Of a stretch of DNA of 18,052 nucleotides, positions 1 through 10,200 are shown in pieces (the stretch's first letter is position 1; every line of letters starts with the position of its first letter). The stretch is taken from NCBI GenBank assembly GCA_024626585.2, contig JANKJI020000002.1, positions 92,694,803-92,712,854 of the forward strand. Direction: 5' to 3'. The notes beneath the pieces were generated by a model. That model made no database searches. It was not told where the DNA came from and saw only the letters and a program-made list of their open reading frames with translations. Source of the stretch: Ginkgo biloba. Taxonomy: Eukaryota > Plantae > Ginkgophyta. The position numbers and the translations under genes were made by a program.

Positions 1-211
1 TATCCTACAATTCTAATAATTAGGATTAGTTTGGTAGTAGGATGGTGAAATGTATGAATCCCACCCTTACAGCATGTGTGTATCCAAAAATGAAACAATG
101 TGATCATAAAATAAGTTCATTATATTAACTTTTAGTATTATCACATCATGCTTTAGGGTGGGGCAAATTATTATGTGAATCCTAACTAAGAAGAAATAAT
201 TAACTGAAAAA

Positions 212-240
212 NNNNNNNNNNNNNNNNNNNNNNNNNNNNN
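212..240. other. Assembly gap (29 N)
   Basis: Run of N seen directly. Confidence 0.98.
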
Positions 241-405
241 TTTGTAAAAAGTAAGAAATAAATAAAGAAGAACTAAATATTTTTTAAATGAATTTAAAAT
301 AAAATGAGAGAAATCTATATATGATATAAATTCCTAAAATAACTAAAATTTGGTAGAACAATAATGCATATTTAGGTTATCTAACCGAGTTTAATCCAAG
401 GGGCA

Positions 406-539
406 TGTTGCTTGGAAGGAAATTACTCATAACATATTATATATATTATATTATGTGATATTGTTAATCAATTGAATGAATTACATTTCCATGTACACTA
501 CTATGCATTTATCTCTCTCCTCTTTGTAACTTTTTTACA
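406..539 (+). repeat. Putative short LTR, or 3' part of an LTR, ending ...TTTTACA
   Basis: Ends in CA immediately before a PBS-Met. The pyrimidine-rich U5-like end reads TCTCTCTCCTCTTTGTAAC. The start is tentatively TGTTG at 406, after a short purine run (AAGGGG); the left boundary is uncertain. Confidence 0.45.
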
Positions 540-551
540 TGGTATCAGATC
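540..551 (+). promoter_or_regulatory. Primer binding site (tRNA-iMet) of an LTR retrotransposon
   Basis: TGGTATCAGATC versus canonical plant PBS-Met TGGTATCAGAGC (1 mismatch), directly after CA. Confidence 0.75.
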
Positions 552-1302
552 TTAAATCATTAATATGTTAACTGAGAAATGGAAGTTTGCAAGAGTTTAG
601 TTGGATTATTTTTGTCGTCTATGTGAGGAATGATAAATATAGTAGTTATTTACATATGTGGTATATTCATGTTAGATCCTTGGGAGACTTAATAGTCATA
701 AGTAACCTCATTCAGACATCATAGACCTAGAGAGGGAATTATTAAGGAAATAGACTTAATTCAACATTTTATGGAAACCGTAGTAGGTTTATAGAAGATG
801 ACAATCTATGAGGGTCATAGAGAGAGATCTCTAAAAGGTGGAGGATGAGTGAAAGGTATGAGATACTTCATTATATTAATTAAATCAATTGATAATCAAC
901 AAAATTCATTAGTTATAGCAAATAGGCCACATCACTTTGTTGCATAGGTCCGTTAAGGTTTCTAAATTATTTTTTTCTTTTTTGCAAAGGTTAGTGAAAA
1001 TTTAACCATATTGCATAAGTATTTAAATTCTAAAATGTTTCCTTTAACCATAGAATATTCCTATTTTACCATTAAAATTGGGTGTAATAGGTCCTTGACT
1101 TCAAACTTGAATAACTCCCTCATACAGCGTTAGATTTTTACACCAGACAGATTTCATTTAAGACCCTTAAGGAATTGTGTATGAACATACTAGGAGTTTC
1201 ATATTGAATAAGTTTGATGGTTCTAATTACATGAACTATAGTCTAAAAATGAGTCCTTTTTTTTTTACCAAATATAATTGGGATCTTATTTTGAATGCTT
1301 AA

Positions 1303-1402
1303 NNNNNNNNNNNNNNNNNNNNNNNNNNNNNNNNNNNNNNNNNNNNNNNNNNNNNNNNNNNNNNNNNNNNNNNNNNNNNNNNNNNNNNNNNNNNNNNNNN
1401 NN
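1303..1402. other. Assembly gap (100 N)
   Basis: Run of exactly 100 N, a typical unknown-size placeholder. Confidence 0.98.
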
Positions 1403-1899
1403 TCATCGTATTATAAAAGAGACATCATACTAGAATCCTTACCTGTGAAGGGGAGAAACGCACAATGTCTAGTAATGCATCTTATCCATATCTATAATTT
1501 TTCATTTCACTAAGATGGAAGTGTATACAATGGTTCATTTATATATTTTTTAATACATTGATAGGTGACATTTAGAGGAGTGAGATGAACAAACTCATTA
1601 TCACCATGATGAGAGTAATAATAAGAATTGAGAGTCATTCTACTTTGTATACTTGTGTCCTCTATAAATTTATAAAACCCTTAATCTAAATAAGAGAACA
1701 TTTGCCTACTTATTTTTGGTAGATACCACTTTCCCTATATGATACATATTAAGTATGTATTTAAAGGGCTAAAAACATGGAGGTTCTTTATGCACGGTGT
1801 CCTTGATATATCACATACATAAAGAAATAATGAGAAATATGACATAAAGAAAGAGAACATATGAGATGATATAGAATGTGGTGAGAAATCTCATTAAGA

Positions 1900-3142
1900 A
1901 GGAATGATACTATGGACAGATGCAAGATACTCTCACTCCTCATTCTAAGCTAAGGTCTCATGATGATCTTTAGAATGAAACTCTTTTTTTTTCCCATAAG
2001 AAAAAAGGAATTAGTAGAGTATGTTTTATGATGATTACAATGTCCAAGAATATAGGCAACATATAAATATAAAACATGATTACTTCAACCTTTAGATATT
2101 CTAGAATGGGAATGGAAATCTATTACGACTATTTTTGTGATGAGACTACCTCCCATAGAAATATGACATAATGATATTATGGTGACTATGGAGAGATTAA
2201 CTAAATCATCTCACTTTGTGGGAGTAAACACTAAATACATGGAAGTAAATATAATAACTATATTTATTAATGATGTTTTACATTATATGAAATTCTTTAA
2301 TGTATTGTATTATATTGATATTTAAAGTTTGCATCTATATTTTGGAGAGAAATATTTGGGGATCTTACGATTTAATTAAAGTTTAATGCAATTTATTATC
2401 CTCAAACCAATGGATAAATTAAAATAATTAATTACTAGAATATATGTTAAGGATGTGTGTGATTCATAAATAAAATATCTCAAAAGACTACCTTCATTTG
2501 GTTGAATATTTACTATAATAACATGTAGCAAACATTACTCACTATGAGAAATTTTTAATCCCCATATAAATGAAAATTAAAAACATATTTAGGATGGAAT
2601 AATGTATAATATATAATCATATTGGTACCTTAACATATAAAAGAAATAAAATAATAATTCTTCCAAATATGCCACCAATTAAATTCATCTCAATACTTCT
2701 ATAAAAGTTATATAGACATAAAGAGAAGACAGTGAGAGATCAAGTATTCATCAAAATCACATTGAAACATAGTAGTCTAATGGAAGGGAATAATCAACAA
2801 CTTTATCCTAGATACTATGATCCTTTTGAAACATTAATTAGAATAAGGGAATTATCTTATGAGTTGGCCTTTCCCATGAATATTAAAGTAAATAAAATTT
2901 TTAATATTTTGATTTTAAATAAATATATTTATATCCACTTTCATATTATTTAATAGTCATTTATCTAAATGAAGCCTAATCTAGAGTGCATCATGGAGCC
3001 TATGGAGATCATATCACCCTATATTAGATATCTATGGCATAAGTAGATATTCAAGGCGATTATATTATAGGAATACTATGATCGAAATTAATCCATAGAG
3101 GAGATGGAGGGTTTCATTTGATCAATATTCTAACATTTATTT
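1900..3142 (+). pseudogene. Decayed Ty3/gypsy (chromovirus, Tekay/Del-like) pol remnant: integrase zinc finger, core, GPF/GPY region and degenerate chromodomain
   Basis: Manual translation. KELVEYVL**LQCPRI is a zinc-finger CxxC remnant (~2005-2055). LLQPLDILEWEWKSITTIFVMRLPPIEI*HNDIMVTMERLTKSSHFVGVNTKY from 2080 matches consensus [24 protein letters not shown]...IWVIVDRLTKSAHF. YYPQTNG...LLEYMLRMCV (~2395-2460) matches AYHPQTDGQ...LEDMLRACV. ORF 2732-2953 VRDQVFIK...LYPRYYDPFETLIRIRELSYELAFP matches VGDxVFLK...LxPRYxGPFEILxRIGxVAYxLALP. In-frame EPMEII...HLF to 3142 resembles a chromodomain. Many stops and frameshifts. Upstream 1403-1900 is probably eroded RNase H but is not readable. Confidence 0.9.
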
Positions 3143-3181
3143 GATTATGTATCTCATTATAAGTGCACAACATTCCCATTT

Positions 3182-3192
3182 AGGGGAGATGG
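3182..3192 (+). promoter_or_regulatory. Polypurine tract of the + strand gypsy element
   Basis: AGGGGAGATGG lies ~40 bp after the end of integrase/chromodomain and just before TGTCA. Confidence 0.7.
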
Positions 3193-3193
3193 T

Positions 3194-4115
3194 TGTCATA
3201 GACCACATAAGGTCATGGGTGCATGTGAAAGATAATATATTTGGTTTATTTTTAGTTATTTTATAACTATAAACTTATTGATACCATGATAGATAGTGTG
3301 TTTGGATTTATTTATTTATTAGTGATATATTTTACTCCTACTTATAAGTTACTTAATTTAGTTGGCATATATTTATGGATTTTGTGAAACACATAAGGAT
3401 TGATGATATTAGACTCATTATATAATTCTAGATGTTTTCATATAAAAATAAATTTAAAATGAGAATGTACATTTAAGTAGGATATAGAGGAGAATGGGTA
3501 TCCTAGATACATCCCACCATAATCCTATTTTATAAGGGATGTTATGAGTAATGAATCATGGGGTTAGGGTAGAATACTAAATTATTTATACATGTTTGTG
3601 AGATAGAGTATATTGCACAATTTTGTTAAGTAAATTACTTTTATATAAAATTACTATAGTGTATGATTTCATAGCTAGTGTATGAAATGTGGAAATTTGT
3701 TTTGAAGTTCTAAGGGTATAAATTACTTGATATTTTATTTTATGATTTATTTTACTCACATATAAATGGATGGAAAAAATTGATTAGTGATTGAGTCAAT
3801 GGGGGAAGCGTCTTCATAACTCAATCCATTATCCTCTTGCTTATTATAAGCTTAATACCCATCTTTGTAGTTATAAGGGAGTAAATCCAGGGACTAGAAC
3901 CCCAAGAGTTATATGGTAGTTGAAAAAATAGGGGAAGTGGAGGAGACTATATAGGAATGGAGCACGGAGTTCTTGAATGCATTCTTTTGACTAGAGAGAT
4001 TTGCATTCATTCATACATGCTATGATAAGTACTATTAATTTGATTTTATAATAATAAAATGGTTTTATAGCAAATGGTAGATGCGTGTATCATAGAAAAA
4101 TTTATGGGATATTTA
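3194..4115 (+). repeat. 3' LTR (partial, runs into gap) of the + strand gypsy element
   Basis: Begins TGTCA right after the PPT and is non-coding and AT-rich. The right end is not determinable because of the gap at 4116. Confidence 0.6.
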
Positions 4116-4215
4116 NNNNNNNNNNNNNNNNNNNNNNNNNNNNNNNNNNNNNNNNNNNNNNNNNNNNNNNNNNNNNNNNNNNNNNNNNNNNNNNNNNNNN
4201 NNNNNNNNNNNNNNN
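4116..4215. other. Assembly gap (100 N)
   Basis: Run of exactly 100 N. Confidence 0.98.
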
Positions 4216-4324
4216 TTTATGCTATATGGTTGATTATTAATTTCTCATTATTTATTATTATTGTAAGAATCTAACCTATAGTCACAATTAGGGAGCCACA
4301 AAAATTCAAGCATTCATATTGACA

Positions 4325-4336
4325 TGGTATTAGAGC
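4325..4336 (+). promoter_or_regulatory. Primer binding site (tRNA-iMet) following an LTR end (...ATTGACA at 4324)
   Basis: TGGTATTAGAGC, one C>T change from TGGTATCAGAGC, directly after CA. Confidence 0.8.
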
Positions 4337-6592
4337 ATGTTAATATTTTACAATGTATATTATTTATTTACCATATTTATTATGAAAAAGGTTAGATGAA
4401 CCACTATTATCATCTGCATACCCTGTTGCCATTCATTGGCAAATTACATCTTCAGGACTAACTCTATGGGCATATGTGATCTATTGTTGATAACTATTGT
4501 ATATTTTCATAAACTAGCTAGAATTAATTTCTCATAATAATGGGTGGTTTCTTACATGTGCCCATGGAAATTTTCATTCAGTCTAGGACATCTCCTTGGA
4601 ATTAGAATGTTGTTTTGAATTAATCAATGTGATGTTCTTTTCTTTGAATGTGATAGAACATTCATCCTCATATTGTTGAGATGCTTGGTAATGTAGATGT
4701 TTGTATTCCTTACGAATAGAAAAATATCTAGAGAATTTTCTAGCATTCCAACATTTTTAGTCCTATCCTTTTTTTATTCTCATTTTGTATTTGTACCCTT
4801 GGTAATGTTGTCAATTGTCACAATGTAGTCCAGGTTTTATTTTGATATATTTATCAAGGTACTTAACTATCTATCTTTAGTGGTCTTAGTTTCTTCCTGA
4901 TACTCTTATGTACTCATCTTGATGTATTCATTATTTATTCCATGACCTTCTACTTACTCGACTTCATGTTTTTCAAATTCAATAGTATAATTTTTTGCAT
5001 GGTATTTGAGCTTTAATGACTACTCGATGTTATTTTCTAAATAGGATATTTTTTTTGTTAGTTGGTCATTTAATTCCTCAATTTCACACTATGTATCTTA
5101 CCTCATGACTATATCCTATTCAAGTAGTAATACTTCAATTTCTTAAGGAAATCTATAATTGGATATGTATCATTTTCTTAAGGTTTGAATGCTCAATATA
5201 TTTCACAAGTGGCCCTTAACCTTTATTGATAATATTCTAATTTACTTAATACGAAATATTGAAAACTATTGGATTCACCATGCAAAGGTGATTATCTTTT
5301 GAAGTGTTGATCACTTTCAAAAATTAGTTCCTTGCAAAAATAGTCTTAGACTATATGGTACTCGTCCCCATGGTGATTGCATTTCCTTGTACAACTTGGC
5401 ACTATAATTGACTAAGGACATTCCTTTAACAAATTTATGCTCTAAATCATATCATCTTTATGTTTTTCCATACACTTTACTCATAACCTTTCTAAAGTGG
5501 AGAGGGAGATATGTGATTTCTAGGAGCTTTCCTTTACATAAGCTTATATTAGATGAAAAATTTCTACGATGGTAACTTTTATGACATGAACCAATAATTT
5601 ACAAGATCGTTGTCCCTTGGATCTGAAAAATATTATTTTGAATCCTCTTTGAAGAATGTCTATATATAAGAGTAACTAAAAAACCTAGGGAAGAACTATT
5701 TTATTTAAAGGAGTTATATCAAAGATAATTATTCAAGAAAGGCATAAGATCTTTCTATAAGTAGTCAACTAATAGTAAGATGGAGAAGTAGTAAACACAA
5801 GAAGATATAATAATTGTAAATTCTAATTATAATCTCCCTGCAAATAAGAGATGGTCGAAGTTTTATAATGCAAGATTTTTTTCAGAAGGTCAATGACCTA
5901 ATTTAACATCCTTTAGATAAAAATTATATCAAAGGAAACACTAAGGAGTTTAATCAGCTCACCATCATAAATCATTTTTTATCAATAATTTATAACATAC
6001 TTAAGGGTGGATTCAATTCCTTTGCAGTAGGGGTAAGATTTCCCTAGAGATAAAGTAGAAGACACTAGGTAATGTCGATCAATATGATTCAATAAAATAA
6101 ATATAATTTGTAGAGTTTCCCAAGCATGATATTGGTTTCATGAATAAATTTCTCATATAAACATTATTTATTGGATTTTAGGAGTTGAATATCATAAGAA
6201 CATATTTCCCTATATATCCATTTAAAAAATGTATTTGATGTCATCTACTACTCTTATAAAAAGGAGATGGATTATAAAATTACCTTATTTATTAATTGTT
6301 ATAGCATAATTCTCTCTTATATTTTTACATTACCAAATATGGTTTCGATCATTTCTAAATTATGATGCATATATAAATCATGACATCAAATGTGTTATGG
6401 AATTCTCCTAAATATTCCCATATACATTTCTCCAAGTAAATATTGTTTAACAAGGTGTGTTGGATGGACTATCAATCCAACTGTATAACTTTAAAACATC
6501 ATAGATTTTATTCACAAATAAAACACCTTTTGATGAAGTCAATTTACTATTGTTTATTTTTTTTTATAAATTGAATTCATCAAAGGGTGTTT
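4337..6592 (+). mobile_element. Heavily decayed, internally deleted Ty1/copia retrotransposon internal region (gag - integrase - RT)
   Basis: Motif remnants in copia order. Gag N-terminus RLDE...LWAYV (~4390-4480; cf. KLDGxNY...LWGYVDG). Integrase PYT...VER (~5465-5510; cf. PYTPQQNGVAERKN). RT NVD-NMI (~6071-6089; cf. YVDDMI), YWILGVE (~6169-6189; cf. YFLGIE) and NSLLYFYITK (~6308-6337; cf. GSLLYLTITRPD). Each motif is weak alone; the support comes from order, spacing and the upstream PBS. Confidence 0.65.
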
Positions 6593-6692
6593 NNNNNNNN
6601 NNNNNNNNNNNNNNNNNNNNNNNNNNNNNNNNNNNNNNNNNNNNNNNNNNNNNNNNNNNNNNNNNNNNNNNNNNNNNNNNNNNNNNNNNNNN
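6593..6692. other. Assembly gap (100 N)
   Basis: Run of exactly 100 N. Confidence 0.98.
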
Positions 6693-7461
6693 CCACAACT
6701 TTCACATTATTTTCTGATCTCGCAGGCAACATTTCTTTTCCCATCAAATTCCTAAGAGAAACAGGCTTAACGACCACATGCCGTTGCTGTGGGATTTCAT
6801 CTGTCATCTGAGACATACCTTCACTCACAATGTCAAACTCTGGAGTATCCCTTTCCTCGCAGGCTTCACTGGTAACCGCCTCTGAAACACAACGGTGGGT
6901 ATCTCCTTCATCCATGTGATCACTAGCCCCTGTTCTAGCATCCCATCGATCATTAGGACAAAAATCAGTATCCCCATTCTCTGTCATATTGCAGTCATGT
7001 AAGGGCGATACACGACCGTTGCTGCATTGTTCTGCAGGTATAACTGCACTGAAATTATCATTATCATCGCCAAATTCTAGATTAGAAGGAACAGGGCTCC
7101 CTTCATCTGTGTCACAGGGGCGCCCATGTGAGCAACTGGCAGCCATGGAATCATATGCTTTGGCATACAGATTGGCTCTCTCTTCCTTCTCGTTGCTCCA
7201 TGACAGAACCATTTTCTCCACGCCCTGTGCAATCTGTTCAATGGCATTGAAATCAAAGCTGGATGGCGCAGAGCTTTTGTGGGTTCCATCCGGGTTGCGG
7301 TGCACCTGCACAGGCCTGGCGAATTGCCTGCCATCCCATGAGGGCTTAGGGGGCAATATGCTTCCAGGCTGCACAAACAATCTGGTCATCTTCGCTTCCA
7401 ATGCAATGCCTATGCCCAGTAATCTGAATTCCTCTCTGTCATTCGCACAAATTTTGTTGTG
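6693..7461 (-). CDS. Long open reading frame/exon of unknown product, 3'-truncated by the gap; probably transposon-encoded
   Basis: About 256 codons without a stop, from 7461 down to the gap: HNKICANDREEFRLLGIGIALEAKMTRLFVQ...FDFNAIEQIAQGVEKMVLSWSNEKEERANLYAKAYDSM... followed by an acidic S/D/E-rich tail. It is by far the longest open frame in the window and is GC- and CpG-rich relative to its flanks. I recognise no family. Confidence 0.5.
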
Positions 7462-7803
7462 CTATTGCCAGGAAAACCATTACGTTGGCATTGGGGTGGC
7501 GATGTTGTCGCGTTCATTCTTTGGTTCGTTGTAGATTGAATGGGGGGAGTATGTGAATGTTGGGGAGGTCGATGGAGATTTGGTTGTCCCAAATGCGCGC
7601 GATGCACATAGGAAAACGCTTGATTTTTTTGGGATTATTTCAATTAAATGGACGCTCCCCCTCACTATGGAGGGTTAGACCAAAGTGTGTGCAACGTTCG
7701 AGATCTTCAAGAACGGGGAGGGGATGTTGAGGCCCTCGTATATCCTCGTCTACAAAGGACGCATTTTGCCTTAAGGTTACGAGCAAAGGAAGGTTTAGTA
7801 GTG
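6693..7803. mobile_element. Putative CACTA (En/Spm) DNA transposon end
   Basis: TTTAGTAGTG at 7794-7803 reads CACTACTAAA on the minus strand. Short subterminal repeats lie in both orientations (CCTCGT 7734-7739 and 7744-7749, TACGAG 7778-7783, CAAAGGA 7753-7759 and 7784-7790). The terminus coincides with the drop in GC/CpG content. The second TIR is not seen. Confidence 0.45.
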
Positions 7804-8499
7804 GCCATGCTATGATGTGTACTAGCACTCATAGTATGTTGCACTTCTTAGAATTACTTGCATTGCTATATATTTTTGTGCACATATAATATTTACTCAC
7901 ACTTATGTTTTATAGTCAATATGATTATATTCATATTATTTTCAATGGGATTAATATCTTGTTAAGAGATAACCTTAGCGATAAATAGGAGTTGAAAATA
8001 GACCCACATGTAACACTCTACTTGGCTATAAGGGGTAGAATCAAGAAGGAATGATGCTTAGTGTTGACAGTTAACATTTATGCACTAGAGGTTTAGTTGG
8101 TAAGTAAGTAATCTTCTTTAGGTTGTCCATGATGGCCAAGAGTAGTTACTAATTCATGTTGATAAGTCTACCTTTGCCCATAATTGTCTAGTATTTTAAG
8201 CTTAATATGCGTTTGTGCTTTAGTACTACATTATTCAATATATATAAATATTTTCTTTATGCATTTGTACTCTAATGACTTACACCTTTTTCATCATTTA
8301 ATATTTTTAATATGTAGGTTTAAGAGACAACACTATTACAAAATCTCTTGGAGAGTGTTGAAAAGAATTCTTATGGTTTGTAAGAACATGGAAGATTTTT
8401 TTATATTCTATCTATATCTATATATGATTGAAAGATATTGTGATTTGAATGTTGATTATTTTATTATTATTTAAAGTGCATGATTGATTTGACAAGATA

Positions 8500-8990
8500 T
8501 ATAAGATGACATACCTCACATTGATTGAAAAATTATACATGCTCAACAAATATTCTATGTGTGACCATAATCCAAGCCTACAAGCTTCTAAATGTTTGAA
8601 TTTTTATGAGAAGAACAAACTTAATGTGTTGATTCATAAAAAAATGTCATTCCTCATTAGGTAAAACCATCATGCTTTGGGAGAAACATTTGATGTTTTA
8701 AGTAAATCCACCTCACTCTTATAAATTACTATACTCTTACCCCTACATGGATTTTTTGAGAATAGAAACTTCTAGATTCTTTATGAAAAAATTTGGTAAC
8801 TCATAACAAACTATACTTTACTTGAAGACTTGATTTCTAGAATCATGACTTGAGTACCTAAAGGATTTCACTTTTCTTCTTATACACATTAATATCATGA
8901 CTGATCGTTCCTTATTTTGGTCCATCAAATAAATATCATCCAATGAAGTTCATTATATTACATCCCATATTGAAATGATCAATTCTTAAA
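8500..8990 (-). mobile_element. Possible decayed L1-type LINE ORF2 fragment (post-RT region)
   Basis: Minus-strand remnants VMILEIKSSSKV*FVMSY (cf. RLxLIKSVLSSLPxYxMS) followed by E*GGFT*NIKCFSQSMM (cf. KxEGGLGIRNIxxFNxALLAKW), in the expected order. Very degenerate. Confidence 0.35.
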
Positions 8991-10099
8991 TGATAGAGGT
9001 AAAATGGCAGTTAGGCCCTACTTGCAGCCTATGTGGGTACACTGTTGACAATTTTCTTATAGATAATGGGAGAGAGAGAGAGAGAAATAAGAAATTGTAC
9101 ACATAGAATCCAAATATTCAATTATTTTGTTAACAAAACCCTAAAGGGGATTAATAGTTATAGGTCTCTAATTATTCCTTCTTGGAGGGAAATTAAAAAT
9201 ATGCATGATGAAATATCCTTGGTCTTTCGACTATCACCCCCAAAGATAATTGAATTTCTCTTTGGTCCGCATGGCCCCCTCAAAATTATTTTCCTCAATG
9301 GTTAGTCCTCAAATTTTCCCTCAGTTTTTTCTCTCATTCTTTCGTTCAGCCTTCGCCTACAACACCCTGCATATGTGATATGTCCTTCAGACTCCCTTTT
9401 CATTTTAGAGTACCTTACTCAACCAGCTCTCACCTATTCCTCTATCTAGTTATTCCTCCTTACTCTCCTTCATTTCTCTCAATTCTTCCCTATGCAAAAA
9501 CTCAAAATAACCTACCACCTTCCTCTTCTTAATCAACATCCCAGTTGGTGAAAGAGCATTGTTCTCCATTAACTCCAACATCAATGCTATTAACTTTGGT
9601 GTTGCAGTCTAGCCTCAACATTTAATTCATCAATTGATAACTTCAATTCGCTATTGATTCCCTATCTAGTATGCCCTGTTCACTAGTTCTTAGGTTCTAT
9701 TCACTAAGCCACCTAACTAGTGTGCTAAAAGACTTTCGTCGTTCATTGAATTATTTTCCCCCTTCCATTTAATCTCAGTCCTTAGTCCATTCACTTCCTT
9801 AATGGTATACTCATCCACCTTAACACCATTCATCACTCTCATTTGCCTGTTGGGTGAACACCATTCTTTGTTTGTCAACTATATGTTATTAGTTTCACCT
9901 TTGGCTTAGTCATCCCCTTTCTTCTACCATTCAATGAATGCCATATTATATTGTTGGCCAATTTCCTTTTCCCTCTACTTTGGCTCATTTATCAAAACCT
10001 CTTTTCCCATTTTATGAATCCCATACACCATTCCCTAAGCTTTCCACTCATTCACTCAAGAATCCATTTATAGAAAAATTGACCAATGGTCTTGCATCA
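8991..10099 (-). repeat. 3' LTR (~1.1 kb) of the minus-strand gypsy element
   Basis: On minus it starts TGATGCAAG right after the PPT and plausibly ends ...TTTTACCTCTATCA at 8991. TGAT...ATCA termini are typical of CRM-clade LTRs. The start is well supported; the end is less so. Confidence 0.65.
9070..9085. repeat. (GA)8 microsatellite inside the LTR
   Basis: GAGAGAGAGAGAGAGA seen directly. Confidence 0.9.
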
Positions 10100-10108
10100 T
10101 TCTCCCTT
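10100..10108 (-). promoter_or_regulatory. Polypurine tract
   Basis: Minus-strand AAGGGAGAA immediately before TGATG and just after the chromodomain. Confidence 0.75.
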
Positions 10109-10200
10109 GGTTACAAAAATTCCATGAGCTCCTACTCATGATTCTTCAAAATTATCTCCACTTGGGTTCATCCAATCTCCCTAGTTCATCCTTAGTGATC

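Noticed and set aside
150-185. TTTAGGG and a G-rich run suggesting a telomere repeat or PPT
   Set aside because: Single occurrence with no array and no upstream coding context in the window.
1295-1513. ORFs spanning N runs (also 4074-4274, 6587-6811 and 12000-12380)
   Set aside because: They are open only because N codons contain no stops.
6989-7534. 181-aa + strand ORF, and the 99-aa minus ORF 7077-7376
   Set aside because: Antisense or alternative-frame shadows of the longer minus-strand frame in GC-rich DNA, with no recognisable features.
8184-8474. Short hydrophobic ORFs (also 14589-14840, 16657-16887 and 17811-17996)
   Set aside because: F/L/I/S-rich composition is expected from T-rich non-coding strands, and no homology was recognised.
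9043-9364. TGTTG...CAACA pair suggesting a 322-bp solo LTR
   Set aside because: The flanks (TACAC and CCCTG) are not a TSD, and the segment is better explained as the interior of the 8991-10099 LTR.
9380-10090. Purine-rich minus strand resembling an env-like extra ORF
   Set aside because: It lies downstream of the PPT and TGATG start, so it is LTR U3 sequence, and it contains many stops.
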